Shown here one piece after another: positions 9,041 through 19,138 of a stretch of DNA of 64,000 nt. The notes under the pieces are model-generated. The model searched no databases. It had not been told where the DNA came from and saw only the letters and a program-made list of their open reading frames with translations. The position numbers and the translations under genes were made by a program. How positions within the stretch are numbered: the stretch's first letter is position 1; each line of letters begins with the position of its first letter. This DNA is from Vicinamibacteria bacterium (lineage in GTDB: Bacteria; Acidobacteriota; Vicinamibacteria; Marinacidobacterales; Marinacidobacteraceae): NCBI GenBank assembly GCA_963668695.2, contig CAXXLQ010000004.1, positions 1,568,001-1,632,000 on the forward strand. The letters run 5' to 3'.

Positions 9041-10558
9041 CTAAGAATCGAGGATACGCGACGCACGGCGCCCAAACACGGCGCTTGCTGCCAAGCCGAC
9101 GACGACCTGAACCACGAGCGCCACCGGAGCAATCCACTGGAAGCTCACCGGGTCGCCTCCGGTCTCGGGATGGGCTCCGAAGATGGGTCCGGAGAACGCG
9201 ACGAGCACGGCCGCGGCGATACCTGCCGCGGTGCCCACGTAGGCGCCGACGGGACGCACTTGGGGAAGGAACAGCGCGAAGAGGAAGAGACCGAAAATCG
9301 GCGCGGTCAGGAGGTTCGACGTCTTGGACGTCACCTCGGTGATGTTGCCGGGGACGAGGTACATGAGGGAGCTTCCGAGCACGATGACTCCGCCGGTCGC
9401 CGCGGCGAGCCAGCGGGCCAGCCCGAGCTTGCTCGCGTCGTCGCGCGGATGCGCACGGAAGCGTCCCAGGAAGTCCGTGAGCACCACCGCTGAGATCGAG
9501 TTCACGCCGGAGTCGACGCTGGACATGGCGGCGGCGAACATGGCGGCGACGACGAGGCCCGCGATGCCGGTCGGAAGCTGGTGGCCGATGAAGAACGGGA
9601 ACACCTGGTCCGCGTCGCCGCGAAGCGACATCGCCTCGCCGAGCCGCTCGGGATGGGCCTCGAAGTAAGCGAGAAGAGCGAAGCCGACGAGCGCCAGCAC
9701 GAGCGTGACCACGGTGATGGCCGCCAACTGGGTGCGGTAGGCCCGCCGGGCCGCGCGCAGCCCGGTCGTTGCCATGAATCGCTGCACCGAAACCTGGTCG
9801 CCGCCCGCGGTGGCCGTGTACCAGACGAGCGTCGACATCAGCGTTCCGAACACGGTCACGCGCGTCGCCGGGTTCGTGCTGAACAGCGGCTGAGAGTCCC
9901 AGTTGGCATGCCACGTCGTCGGAAACCATTCGAAACCACCGAGCTCCAGGGTCACGATGCCGACAACCACCAGCGCCGCCGCGAGTAGCAGCGTGGACTG
10001 GATGCAGTCGGTGACGACGACGGCTCGCAGTCCTCCGAGGGACGTGTAGACGACCGCCACGACCGCCGTGCACAGGGCGATGAGGGGTACCGCGGATGGG
10101 CCGGCGCCGATCATCACCGTCATCGCCACCGCTGCCGCGTATACGAGAAGCGACATCCACGCGAGACGAAGAACGATGAACATCGACGCCCCGAGGAGCC
10201 GCGCCCCGGCGCCGAGGCGCACTTCGAGGAGCTCGTAGGCGCTCGTCACGCGGTGCTTCATATAGACCGGAAGCAGGCCGTAAGCGACGACGAAATAGAC
10301 GACGGGGAGCGCCAGGAGCTGAACGAGAAGGACGGGCCCCCGCCCGAGTGTTTCGCCGGGTACGGAAAGGTAGGACACCGTGCTGACGAGCGTCGCGAAC
10401 AGCGAGACGCCCACGGCGACGGGGTGAAGCCGTCCGCCCCCGACGAAGTACTCGCTCGTCGACGATTGACGTCTTCCGTAGAACCAGCCGAGCCAGAGAG
10501 TGAGACCCGCGTAGCCCGCGAGAACGAGCCAGTCGACAGCGGCCAAGCCTTGATTCAT
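9041..10558 (-). CDS. Sodium:solute symporter (SSS family)
   Basis: EYFVGG, SLFATLVSTVSYLSVPG, YTSLGGLRAVVVTD, DQVSVQRF, FAAAMSSVDSG; many TM segments. Confidence 0.92.
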   Translation of the reverse strand: MNQGLAAVDWLVLAGYAGLTLWLGWFYGRRQSSTSEYFVGGGRLHPVAVGVSLFATLVSTVSYLSVPGETLGRGPVLLVQLLALPVVYFVVAYGLLPVYMKHRVTSAYELLEVRLGAGARLLGASMFIVLRLAWMSLLVYAAAVAMTVMIGAGPSAVPLIALCTAVVAVVYTSLGGLRAVVVTDCIQSTLLLAAALVVVGIVTLELGGFEWFPTTWHANWDSQPLFSTNPATRVTVFGTLMSTLVWYTATAGGDQVSVQRFMATTGLRAARRAYRTQLAAITVVTLVLALVGFALLAYFEAHPERLGEAMSLRGDADQVFPFFIGHQLPTGIAGLVVAAMFAAAMSSVDSGVNSISAVVLTDFLGRFRAHPRDDASKLGLARWLAAATGGVIVLGSSLMYLVPGNITEVTSKTSNLLTAPIFGLFLFALFLPQVRPVGAYVGTAAGIAAAVLVAFSGPIFGAHPETGGDPVSFQWIAPVALVVQVVVGLAASAVFGRRASRILDS

Positions 10559-10605
10559 GCGCGCGGTGGCGTATAACACACTCGCGCGGAAAGGAGACTC
10601 GAACC

Positions 10606-11553
10606 ATGACACCGGCGGACGCCAAAAGAACCATTTGTGGACCGTTGATTCCGGTCATCACTCACTACCACGATGACCTCAGCGTCGATCACGATGCCGT
10701 CCGAGAGAACGTTCGCTACGTGGTGGAACGAGGCGTCCGGACCGGAAGCGGGGTGCTCCTGGCCGCCGGCGCCGGGGGCGACTTCCCGATGCTGACCCTC
10801 GACGAGAGGAAGGCAGTGAGCGAGACCGTCGTGCGGGCGGCCGACGGCCGGACGCCCGTGCTCATCGGAGCACAGGACACGAACCCCGCTGCGTCGGTCG
10901 AGCTCGCGCGCTTCGCCGAGGATATCGGCGCCTGGGGCATCCAGCTCGCGCCCGGCTATTACTACGCCTCGTCTCCCGACGACTGCTACCGGGTGTTCGA
11001 AGCGGTGCACGAAGCCACGAGCACGCTGGGAATCATGATCTACAACACGTACTGGGAGGGCTACGACATGTCGCTCGACGAGGTCGAACGGCTCGCCGAG
11101 CTGCCTCGCTGCGCCGCCCTCAAGTGGTCGACCGCGCGCGGCGTCGGCGATTACCAGCGCGGGGTCGAGCGGTTCCGGGAGCGCCTCGCCGTCATCGACA
11201 ACTACGGCCTCCAGGTCATGACCCACCTGCTCGGAGGGCGGGGATACATCACCCACCTGTGCACCGTCTGGCCCGAGCACGACCTCGAGGTGTTTCGTCT
11301 GCTGGAAGCGGGCGACTACGTCGCGGCGCAGCAGCGACTGAGCGCCGTTAACTGGCCGTGGTACGACTTCCGGGTGCGGATGTGGCGCCGCACTGGAGCG
11401 GAGAGCCCCGTCATCAACGCGGCGCTCGAGTTGACGGGCAGGAAAGGCGGCCCGAGCCGGCTCCCCACGCGCCGCCTCGACGAGTCCGAGCGCGAGGAGC
11501 TGAGAACGCTCCTCATCGACATCGGTGTGCCCGGCGTTCAGCCGGGTCCGTAG
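10606..11553 (+). CDS. Dihydrodipicolinate synthase/NAL-family aldolase
   Basis: LTLDERK, GRTPVLIGA, IMIYN and ALKWS (Schiff-base Lys). The GxxGE motif is replaced by GAGGD. Divergent from the symporter. Confidence 0.85.
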   Translation: MTPADAKRTICGPLIPVITHYHDDLSVDHDAVRENVRYVVERGVRTGSGVLLAAGAGGDFPMLTLDERKAVSETVVRAADGRTPVLIGAQDTNPAASVELARFAEDIGAWGIQLAPGYYYASSPDDCYRVFEAVHEATSTLGIMIYNTYWEGYDMSLDEVERLAELPRCAALKWSTARGVGDYQRGVERFRERLAVIDNYGLQVMTHLLGGRGYITHLCTVWPEHDLEVFRLLEAGDYVAAQQRLSAVNWPWYDFRVRMWRRTGAESPVINAALELTGRKGGPSRLPTRRLDESEREELRTLLIDIGVPGVQPGP

Positions 11554-11569
11554 TTACCGGATCTTTGGC

Positions 11570-11639
11570 CGGCGGATCTTCCAGGTCCTGGCGCCGGGCA
11601 GATTACGTAAACGAGGACGTTCAGATCGACGGCGGGCAC
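11570..11639 (-). pseudogene. VapC (PIN) toxin relic
   Basis: GTG-PAVDLNVLVY (VapC N-terminal DxNVLVY motif) followed immediately, in another frame, by PGARTWKI. Most of the gene is deleted. Confidence 0.6.
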
Positions 11640-11899
11640 TTCCCAGCGTCCAACTTGCGTGCGGTTTCTTCGTCTTCCAGGGCTGCGGCGGTTCGAAACG
11701 AATGGTCCAGGTTTACGAGCGGCTCTCCGAGGTCGAAGACCCGTTGCCGATAGCGACGCGGGGCCTGTGCGCGCGTCTCTTGGGCGAGTCCGGCTCGCAG
11801 GGTGTCGTTCGCGATGCGGGTGAGCGAGAGCTTCCGGGAGCGGGCGAGCCGCTCCAGTTCCTGGAGGACATCATCGTCGATCGCGAGCGTGGTACGCAT
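11621..11899 (-). CDS. VapB-like antitoxin (orphaned)
   Basis: MRTTLAIDDDVL...NDTLRAGL, a typical VapB/CopG-like N-terminus. Confidence 0.8.
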   Translation of the reverse strand: MRTTLAIDDDVLQELERLARSRKLSLTRIANDTLRAGLAQETRAQAPRRYRQRVFDLGEPLVNLDHSFRTAAALEDEETARKLDAGKCPPSI

Positions 11900-12042
11900 G
11901 AACGCATCATGGCATCACTGTCTACGTATCCACGCATCACCCGTCGGTAGTCCGCGTTCTGCCCGCCAGCGGCGGGCGATGCCGGTCGGAGACCGGCGGT
12001 CCCTTCCAGCCCGCACCGTCGGAGTGAAGGAGGGAGGAATTA

Positions 12043-12087
12043 TTTACGGTTTGACGTATATTCACGTGATATACGATATTGCGTATC
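12043..12087 (+). promoter_or_regulatory. Two HipB-like operators overlapping the hipBA promoter
   Basis: TTTACG-N6-CGTATA (12043-12060) and TATACG-N6-CGTATC (12070-12087); same geometry as E. coli TATCC-N8-GGATA. TTGACG -35 at 12051. Confidence 0.7.
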
Positions 12088-12101
12088 ACAAACGAAAGAC
12101 C

Positions 12102-12350
12102 ATGGATCCCATCGCGACGAGTCCGCGCGCCCTCGGTCAGGCGATTCGGTCGCTCCGCCGGCAGCGGGGCATGACGCAGGCCGAACTGGCGGAGGCGTGC
12201 GTGCTGCGGCAAGCCACCGTCTCGGCCGCCGAGAACGGTGCGCCCGGGACCCGGATGGCGACGGTTTTCCGGCTTCTCGCGGTGCTCGGCCGGGAGATCG
12301 TGCTCCGGGACCGCGAGTGGGTGCTCGTCGAACGAGACCATCTCGAATGA
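12102..12350 (+). CDS. hipB: HipB-like XRE antitoxin
   Basis: SPRALGQAIRSLRRQRGMTQAELA...QATVSAAENG helix-turn-helix, directly upstream of HipA. Confidence 0.85.
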   Translation: MDPIATSPRALGQAIRSLRRQRGMTQAELAEACVLRQATVSAAENGAPGTRMATVFRLLAVLGREIVLRDREWVLVERDHLE

Positions 12351-12366
12351 ACATCGGGCGTGCGGC

Positions 12367-13665
12367 ATGAGGTTTCCCGGTCGGACTCTCCACCTCTTCG
12401 AGAACGGGAGGCGTCTCGGGACGCTGACGCGCACGCCGTCCGGGCTCGCCCTCCAATACGCCCCCGATTGGCTCGCCTGGGAAGGCGCCACGCCGGTCTC
12501 GCTCTCCCTGCCGCTGGACCCGGCCGGCCACCGGGGGGAGCGGGTATTCCGATTCCTCGACAACCTGTTGCCGGACTCCGGAGGCATGCGCGCTCGGCTG
12601 GCCGCTCGCGTGGACGCTCCGGACACCCACCCGTACACCCTGCTCGCGTACCTCGGCCGCTGTTCGGCGGGCGCGCTGACCTTTGTCCCGGAAGGCGAGG
12701 ATCCCGGCCTACCCGGCGCCGTCCGGGGGACGCCGATTTCGGATGCCGAGGTGGCCCGACTGGTTGCGGAGCTGGACCGGCGTCCCCTTGGAGTCGGCCC
12801 GCGCTTTCGTATCTCGCTCGCGGGGGCGCAGCGCAAGACGGCCCTGCTGTTCTCGGATGGGGTCTGGCAACTCCCGCACGGATTCACGCCGACGACCCAC
12901 ATCCTGAAGCCCCAGATCGGCTCGCTGATGGGGGTGGACTTCAGCCGCAGCGTCGAAAACGAGTTCCTCTGCCTGAGCCTGGCGTCGGCGTTCGGGCTGG
13001 AGGTGGCCCCTGCCCGCATTGAAGACTTCGGTGAGGCTCGGGTCCTGGTGGTCGAGCGCTTCGACCGGCGCTGGACGGACGACGGCCGGCTCCTGCGGGT
13101 CCCCCACGAGGACCTCGCCCAGGCGCTCGGGGTCGCGGCAGGCCGAAAGTACGAGATGGACGGGGGACCCGGGATGATTCGGCTCCTCGGACTGCTCGAA
13201 GGTTCGGTCGCTTCGGAGAAGGACCGCCGCAGCTTCCTCCGGGCGCAGATCGTCTTCTGGCTCCTCGCCGCGATTGACGGCCATGCCAAGAACTACAGCC
13301 TGCGGCTGCTCCCCGGGAGCAGGTTCCGCCTCGCGCCGCTCTACGACATCGTCTCGGTGCAGCCGGCGCTCACCGGCGGGGGACTTCCGGCCGACGAAGC
13401 AGTGGTGTCGCTTGCGGTCGGAGACGCCGGTTTGCGGGTGGTGGATCGCATCGGACCGCAGCATTTCGTCGAGACCGCGAGAGCCGCCGGCGTTCCCGCG
13501 CGAGTCCTTCGAAGCCTCTTTGCAGAGCTGATCGAAACGCGCGCCAGGGCCTTCGAGGCCGTGCGTGAAGGCCTGCCTGACGATTTCCCGCACACCATGG
13601 AGGTTGCCATCTTCGACGCCATCACGGTCCGGCTGCAGGAGACCGCGGGCTATCTGAAGGGGTGA
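12367..13665 (+). CDS. hipA: HipA Ser/Thr kinase toxin
   Basis: PVSLSLP, FLDNLLPD, FRISLAGAQRKTAL, THILKP, ENEFLC, DGHAKNYS, LAPLYD. Confidence 0.93.
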   Translation: MRFPGRTLHLFENGRRLGTLTRTPSGLALQYAPDWLAWEGATPVSLSLPLDPAGHRGERVFRFLDNLLPDSGGMRARLAARVDAPDTHPYTLLAYLGRCSAGALTFVPEGEDPGLPGAVRGTPISDAEVARLVAELDRRPLGVGPRFRISLAGAQRKTALLFSDGVWQLPHGFTPTTHILKPQIGSLMGVDFSRSVENEFLCLSLASAFGLEVAPARIEDFGEARVLVVERFDRRWTDDGRLLRVPHEDLAQALGVAAGRKYEMDGGPGMIRLLGLLEGSVASEKDRRSFLRAQIVFWLLAAIDGHAKNYSLRLLPGSRFRLAPLYDIVSVQPALTGGGLPADEAVVSLAVGDAGLRVVDRIGPQHFVETARAAGVPARVLRSLFAELIETRARAFEAVREGLPDDFPHTMEVAIFDAITVRLQETAGYLKG

Positions 13666-13797
13666 GCCGGCGGCCGGTCCCACCTCGCGGGGTTTCGGCC
13701 ATTCCCACTGGTCCGATAAGGCGGGGCAAGCTCAGCCTGCGCGCAGCGATGCCGGTCTTCATGAAGACCGGCGTTCCCTCCCTTTCCCGCCGGGCTC

Positions 13798-15201
13798 CTA
13801 CCCCCGCGTGGCGTGGCGGGCGATCACGGTGGCAACGGCCTCGGTGAGGCGCTTCGCGTAGGCGATCTCCAGGAACTCGTTCGGGCCGTGGGCGTTGGAG
13901 CCCGGGCCGAGGACGCCGGTGATGACGAACTGCGCCTCCGGGAAGCGCTCGCCGAGCATCCCCATGAACGGGATGGAGCCGCCCTCCCCCATGTGCATGG
14001 CGGGTTTCCCATAGGCGCCCATCGAGGCCTCGTCGAGCGCGGCGCCAAGCCAGGGGGCGAGCGCGGGCGCCGACCAACCCTGCGCCGGTTCGTGGAAGTG
14101 CAGGGTTACCTTGGCGCCGAACGGCGGATCGCGCTCCACGATCTCCCGGATCGCGGCCTGGGCTGCCGCCGGATCCACGGTGGGCGGAATCCGGATCGAA
14201 AGGTTCAGGGTGACCTGGGGCAGGAGGACGTTTCCGGCCTTTGCCAGCGAGGGCAATCCATCCTGTCCGGTCACCGCGAGGTTCGGGCGCCAGGTGCGGT
14301 TCAGGATGAGCTCGCTGGTGGGGACGCCCGGCCTGCCGGTGTTCCCGGCCCAGGGAAACCGGGTGAAAGTGTCCGGGCCCAGGGTCTCGGCTGCCGCTTC
14401 CGCCTGCGCGATCCGCTCGGCGGGGATGTCGGCGTGGAGCGCGTCGGGGACGATGCGGTCCGTTCCCGGTTCCTCGAGCCGGTCGAGCAGCTTCCGCAGC
14501 ACCAGGAAGGGCGCCGGGACGACCCCGCCGGCGTCGCCCGAGTGGACGCCCTCGGTGAGGACCTCAGCCTTCAGCGTGCCGCCGACCATCCCGCGGAGCG
14601 AGGTGGTGGACCAGAGTTGATCGTAGTTACCGGCACCCGAGTCGAGACAGATCACCAGGTCGGGGGTGCCGATCACGTCGGCGAAGGACTCCATGTAGGC
14701 GGGGAGGTCCGGCGAGCCGCTCTCTTCGGAGAACTCGACGAGCAGGACCACCCGGGCCCGCTTCTTCCCCTCGCGCGCGACCGCCTTGAGCGCCGCGAGC
14801 GCGCAGTAGAGCGCGTAGCCGTCGTCGGCGCCGCCGCGACCGTAAAGCTTGTCGCCCTCGCGGACCGGACTCCACGGTCCGAGTCCTTGGCGCCAGCCGA
14901 CCATCTCGGGCTGTTTGTCCAGATGGCCGTACATCAGGATCGTCCCGTCCGCCTCGCCGGGGCAGTCGAGCAGCAGCAGCGGCGTGCGTCCGGGGATGCG
15001 CCCGACGTGGAGGACGGCATCGTCCGGCGCGTGCTTCGCCATGAACCTTTTGCCCATCTGGAGCGCCGCTTCCATGTGGCCGTGCGCCTCCCAGTCGGGG
15101 TCGAAGAGCACGGAGACGTTCGGCACGGCGACGTATTCGGTGAGGGAGGGGAGGATCTCGTCCTCCCAGAAACGGTCCAGGAAGTCGCGGGTGTCGCTCA
15201 T
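13798..15201 (-). CDS. M20 family metallopeptidase (dipeptidase-like)
   Basis: YGHLDKQP, LYGRGGADDG, SEESGS, NAHGPNE. Confidence 0.92.
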   Translation of the reverse strand: MSDTRDFLDRFWEDEILPSLTEYVAVPNVSVLFDPDWEAHGHMEAALQMGKRFMAKHAPDDAVLHVGRIPGRTPLLLLDCPGEADGTILMYGHLDKQPEMVGWRQGLGPWSPVREGDKLYGRGGADDGYALYCALAALKAVAREGKKRARVVLLVEFSEESGSPDLPAYMESFADVIGTPDLVICLDSGAGNYDQLWSTTSLRGMVGGTLKAEVLTEGVHSGDAGGVVPAPFLVLRKLLDRLEEPGTDRIVPDALHADIPAERIAQAEAAAETLGPDTFTRFPWAGNTGRPGVPTSELILNRTWRPNLAVTGQDGLPSLAKAGNVLLPQVTLNLSIRIPPTVDPAAAQAAIREIVERDPPFGAKVTLHFHEPAQGWSAPALAPWLGAALDEASMGAYGKPAMHMGEGGSIPFMGMLGERFPEAQFVITGVLGPGSNAHGPNEFLEIAYAKRLTEAVATVIARHATRG

Positions 15202-15243
15202 GGGCGGCGATTCTAGGGCGCGAGGACGCCCGGCCGCGTCGAG

Positions 15244-16153
15244 CACCCTGTGGTGAAACCCAGGCGGCCCAGTTCTCCCGGTGGGGGCTCGCCCGGCGAT
15301 CCATCCCGGCCAAACAACCGGTAGCGAAACCCACGCGGCCCAGTTCTCCCGGTGGGGGCTCGGCCGGCGATCCATCCCGGCCAAACAGCCGGTAGTGAAA
15401 CCCGCGCGGCCCAGTTCTCCCGGTGGGGGCTCGGCCGGCGATCCATCCCGGCCAAACAACCGGTGATGAAACCCACGCGGCGTTCGGCCGGCGATCCATC
15501 CCGGCTGACCGCGTCGCTTCGCGCCGCTCATCGTTGCGTTTCAGTCGGAATACACCCGGTATTCCTCCCTCACGCGCCTTGTCATCCGGGCGCCTCCCCG
15601 GCCTCGGCGCTCACCCGGGTTCCACCACCGGCTGTTAACCGCGTCGCTGCGCGCCGCTCATCGTTGCGTTTCGGTCGAAATACACGCGGGCCAGTTCTCC
15701 CGGTGGGGGCTCCTCCCTCGCGCGCCTTGTCAGCCGGGCCCCCACCGGGAGGACTGGCCCCACCGGGAGAACTGGGCCTCCCCGGCCTCGGCGCTCACGT
15801 GGGTTCCACCACCGGCTGTTCACCACTGCGCTTCGCTCCGTTCTGCGTTGCGTTTCGGTCGAAATACACCCGGGCCAGTTCTCCCGGTGGCGGGCTCGGG
15901 CATTTCTCCCTCACGCTCCTCCCTCGCGCGCCTTGTCAGCCGGGCCCCCACCGGGAGGACTGGCCCCACCGGGAGAACTGGGCCTCCCCGGCCTCGGCGC
16001 TCACGTGGGTTCCACCACCGGCTGTTCACCACTGCGCTTCGCTCCGTTCTGCGTTGCGTTTCGGTCGAAATACACCCGGTATTCCTCCCTCACGCGCCTT
16101 GTCAGCCGGACCCCCACCGGGCTCGGCGCTCACCCGGGTTCCACCACAGGCTG
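15244..16153. mobile_element. Composite MITE-like repeat, copy 1 (tandemly expanded)
   Basis: Ends CACCCTGTGGTGAAACCC ... GGGTTCCACCACAGGCTG+CTAG; internal modules shared with the other nine loci. Confidence 0.8.
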
Positions 16154-16202
16154 CTAGCGGACGCAGCGAAGCGTCCGATACAGTGGCGAGCGTCGCGATG
16201 GC

Positions 16203-16763
16203 ATGAACGGCCTCCTGAGACGCCTCTGGCGAACGCTCGAAACCGGCGCTGCACTGACCCTCGGCCTCATGGCCGCTCTCGTGATCTACCAGGTGGGCGC
16301 CCGCTACCTGTTCGGAAGCCCACCGAGCTGGACCGAGGAGCTCGCCCGCTTCCTGCAGGTCTGGCTCGTGCTGCTGGCGTCGCCGGTATGTCTCCGGCGC
16401 GGGATGCACCTCGCCGTGGACTACGTATCGCCCCGGCTCCCGCCGGGCGCCCGGGTGGCCCTCCGAACCGGGGTGCTCCTGATTTCGGCTGTCTTCTGCC
16501 TGACGTTCGCCGTCTACGGAACGCGCCTCCTGGCCGTCGCGGACCTCCAGACCTCCCCGGCCCTCGGGATCTCGATGGTCTGGCCCTATCTGGCGGTTCC
16601 GGTCAGCGGGGTGCTGATGGCGGTGGCGGCGGCGGTCCTCATCGTTTCCGAAATCCGGGGACGGGCAGTCGGGGAGTCAGACGGGGAATCAGACGGGCAA
16701 TCCGACTGGCAATCCGACCGGGAATCCGACCGGGAATCCGACCGGGAAGGTGACGAGCCGTGA
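16203..16763 (+). CDS. dctQ: TRAP transporter small permease
   Basis: QVGARY, WTEELARFLQVW, HLAVD; tail contains a 12-bp repeat (ESDG/QSDR/ESDR). Confidence 0.9.
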   Translation: MNGLLRRLWRTLETGAALTLGLMAALVIYQVGARYLFGSPPSWTEELARFLQVWLVLLASPVCLRRGMHLAVDYVSPRLPPGARVALRTGVLLISAVFCLTFAVYGTRLLAVADLQTSPALGISMVWPYLAVPVSGVLMAVAAAVLIVSEIRGRAVGESDGESDGQSDWQSDRESDRESDREGDEP

Positions 16764-18043
16764 TCGCCGCCCTGCTGGTCACGCTCGCGGTCCTGCTCCT
16801 GCTCGGGGTGCCGGTCGCCTTTGCGATCGGCCTGAGCGGCATGGCGGCGCTCCTCGCCGACGGCCAGATCCCCTTCGAACTCATCCCCCAGCGCGCCTTC
16901 GCCGCGCTCAACTCCTGGGCGCTGATGGCGGTGCCGCTCTTCATCTTCGCCGGGGAACTCATGAACGCCTGCGGGATCTCCCGGCGCATGGTCGAGGTCG
17001 TGGGACGGCTGCGGGGCGGACTGCCGATCGTGTCGGTGGTCTCCTCCATGTTCTTTGCGAGCATTTCGGGCAGCTCCAGCGCGAGCACCGCCGCCGTCGG
17101 CTCCATGATGATCCCGGCCATGAAGGAACGCGGATATCCGGCCGGCTTCGCCACCGCGCTCCAGGCGGCGGGCGGCGCCCTCGGGCCGATCATCCCGCCG
17201 AGCATCATCATGATCGTGATGGGCTACGTGACGGAGACCTCCATCGCGGCGCTCTTCGTGGGCGGCATCGTGCCCGGGTTTCTCATGGCGGGCGCGCTGA
17301 TCGCGATCAACCACCGGAGGTCGCGCCGCTACGAGGCGGCGGCCGCCGCCGCGGGGAAGGGACCCCCGCCCGCGGAAGGCTCGCTCGGCCGGGCGATCCT
17401 GGGCGCCCTCCCGGCGCTCGGGATGCCGGTGGTGGTGCTCGGGGGAATCCTGGCTGGGATCTTCACCGCCACCGAGGCCGCCGGGGTGGCGGTCGCCTAC
17501 GGCCTCGCGGTGGGGTTTTTCGTCTATCGCGAACTTCGCGTCCGCGATCTGCGCCCGTTGCTCGTGAGCGCGGCGCTCCGCTCGTGCGTCGTCCTCTTTG
17601 TCGCCACCAGCGCGTTCCTCCTCGCCTGGATCATTGCGGTGGGCCGGGTGCCCGACCAGGTCGGCGCCCAGGTGGAAGCCCTGGCCGGCGGCCAGCTCTC
17701 CTTCCTGATCGCCTGCAACGTGATCCTCATCGTGGTGGGCATGTTCATGGAGAGCATCTCGGCCATCATCGTCATCATGCCCATCCTGTTCCCGCTGGCG
17801 CTGCAACTCGGGATCGATCCGATCCACTTCGGGGTGTTGGCCTCGGTGAACCTGTGCATCGGCATGGTGACGCCGCCCTACGGGGCGACCCTCTTCGTTG
17901 CCTGCACGATCGCGAAGAAGAGCATCAGCGAGGTGGCGATCTGGACCGTCCGTCCGGTGCTCGCCATGGTGGCGGTGCTGGTGGCGATCACGGTGTTCCC
18001 GGACGCCGTGACGATCCTGCCGCGCTGGCTGGGCATGCTGTGA
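16760..18043 (+). CDS. dctM: TRAP transporter large permease
   Basis: AVPLFIFAGELM, ISGSS, IIPPSI, GIFTATEA, GIDPIHFG, TPPYG. Confidence 0.95.
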   Translation: MIAALLVTLAVLLLLGVPVAFAIGLSGMAALLADGQIPFELIPQRAFAALNSWALMAVPLFIFAGELMNACGISRRMVEVVGRLRGGLPIVSVVSSMFFASISGSSSASTAAVGSMMIPAMKERGYPAGFATALQAAGGALGPIIPPSIIMIVMGYVTETSIAALFVGGIVPGFLMAGALIAINHRRSRRYEAAAAAAGKGPPPAEGSLGRAILGALPALGMPVVVLGGILAGIFTATEAAGVAVAYGLAVGFFVYRELRVRDLRPLLVSAALRSCVVLFVATSAFLLAWIIAVGRVPDQVGAQVEALAGGQLSFLIACNVILIVVGMFMESISAIIVIMPILFPLALQLGIDPIHFGVLASVNLCIGMVTPPYGATLFVACTIAKKSISEVAIWTVRPVLAMVAVLVAITVFPDAVTILPRWLGML

Positions 18044-19131
18044 TGTTCCGGCGAGCTTCCGTTCTGCCCGTTCTGCCCGTCCTGCCCGTCCTGCCCGTCC
18101 TGCCCGTTCTGCCCGTTCTGCCCGTCCTGCCCGTTCTGCCCGTTCTGCCCGTTCTGCCCGTTCTGGCCGTCCTGATCCTGTTCGCGGGGTGCCGGCCGCC
18201 GGAAGGACGCCGCATCACGATCAAGGCCAGCACGAGCACCGCGGCAAATGAGCCCGCCGTCAAGGGGCTCGAGGTCTTCGCGCGCGAGGTCGCCGCGGCG
18301 ACCGGCGGCCGTATCGCGGTCGAGATCTACCCGAACAACGTGCTCGGGAACGAACGGGACGTCATCGAACTCGCGATCATCGGGGCCGTGGAACTGACGA
18401 CCCCCTCGAATGCCCCGCTCGCCACCTTCGCGCCCGAGCTGCTGGTGTTCGACCTGCCCTACCTGTTCCGCGACCGGCCGCACATGTACGAGGTGCTCGA
18501 CGGCCCCATCGGCCGGAGTTTCGAAGCGCCGCTCCGGGAGCGGGGACTCGTCCTCCTCGGCTACTTCGAAGCCGGACTCCGGCACCTCATGACCCGGGAC
18601 CGGGCGATCGAGCGCCCGGAGGATCTGTCGGGACTCAAGATCCGGACGATGGAGAACCCGCTCCACCTCCGGGCCTTCGAAGCCTTCGGAGCGAGCCCGC
18701 TCCCCATGGCCTACGGAGAGGTCTATACCGCCCTGGAGCAGGGGGTGATCGACGGCGCGGAGGCCGCCCGCTCGAACTACTTCTCGAAACGCTTCTTCGA
18801 GGTGGCTCCCAACTGGTCGGAGATCGGCTGGATGTACCTCGTGCAGCCGCTGGTGATGAGCGAGCGCTTCTTCTCGTCGCTCTCCGCCGAGGATCAGGCC
18901 GCCGTGCGGGCGGCGGCAGGGATGGCGGTCGCAGCAGAGCGCGAGGAGTACCAAAAGCAGGACGAGGAAGCGCTCGCGAAGCTGCGGGCCGCCGGGGTCC
19001 GCTTCACGCATCCCGATACCGACGCGCTGCTGGAGCTGGCGCGCGAGGTGTGGCGCGGCGCCGAACACATCGTGGATCCCGCTCTCGTCGAGGCCATCAC
19101 CGGGTACCGCCTGCGCGACCCCGCGCCGTAG
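18043..19131 (+). CDS. dctP: TRAP substrate-binding lipoprotein
   Basis: TGATG overlap; lipobox LFAGC; FDLPYLF, LSGLKIR, PMAYGEVYTALEQGVIDG. Confidence 0.92.
   Translation: MFRRASVLPVLPVLPVLPVLPVLPVLPVLPVLPVLPVLPVLAVLILFAGCRPPEGRRITIKASTSTAANEPAVKGLEVFAREVAAATGGRIAVEIYPNNVLGNERDVIELAIIGAVELTTPSNAPLATFAPELLVFDLPYLFRDRPHMYEVLDGPIGRSFEAPLRERGLVLLGYFEAGLRHLMTRDRAIERPEDLSGLKIRTMENPLHLRAFEAFGASPLPMAYGEVYTALEQGVIDGAEAARSNYFSKRFFEVAPNWSEIGWMYLVQPLVMSERFFSSLSAEDQAAVRAAAGMAVAAEREEYQKQDEEALAKLRAAGVRFTHPDTDALLELAREVWRGAEHIVDPALVEAITGYRLRDPAP
18061..18159 (+). repeat. 9-bp tandem repeat GTYCTGCCC x11 (VLP) in the DctP signal peptide
   Basis: Read directly from the sequence. Confidence 0.95.
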
Positions 19132-19138
19132 TCGCAGC

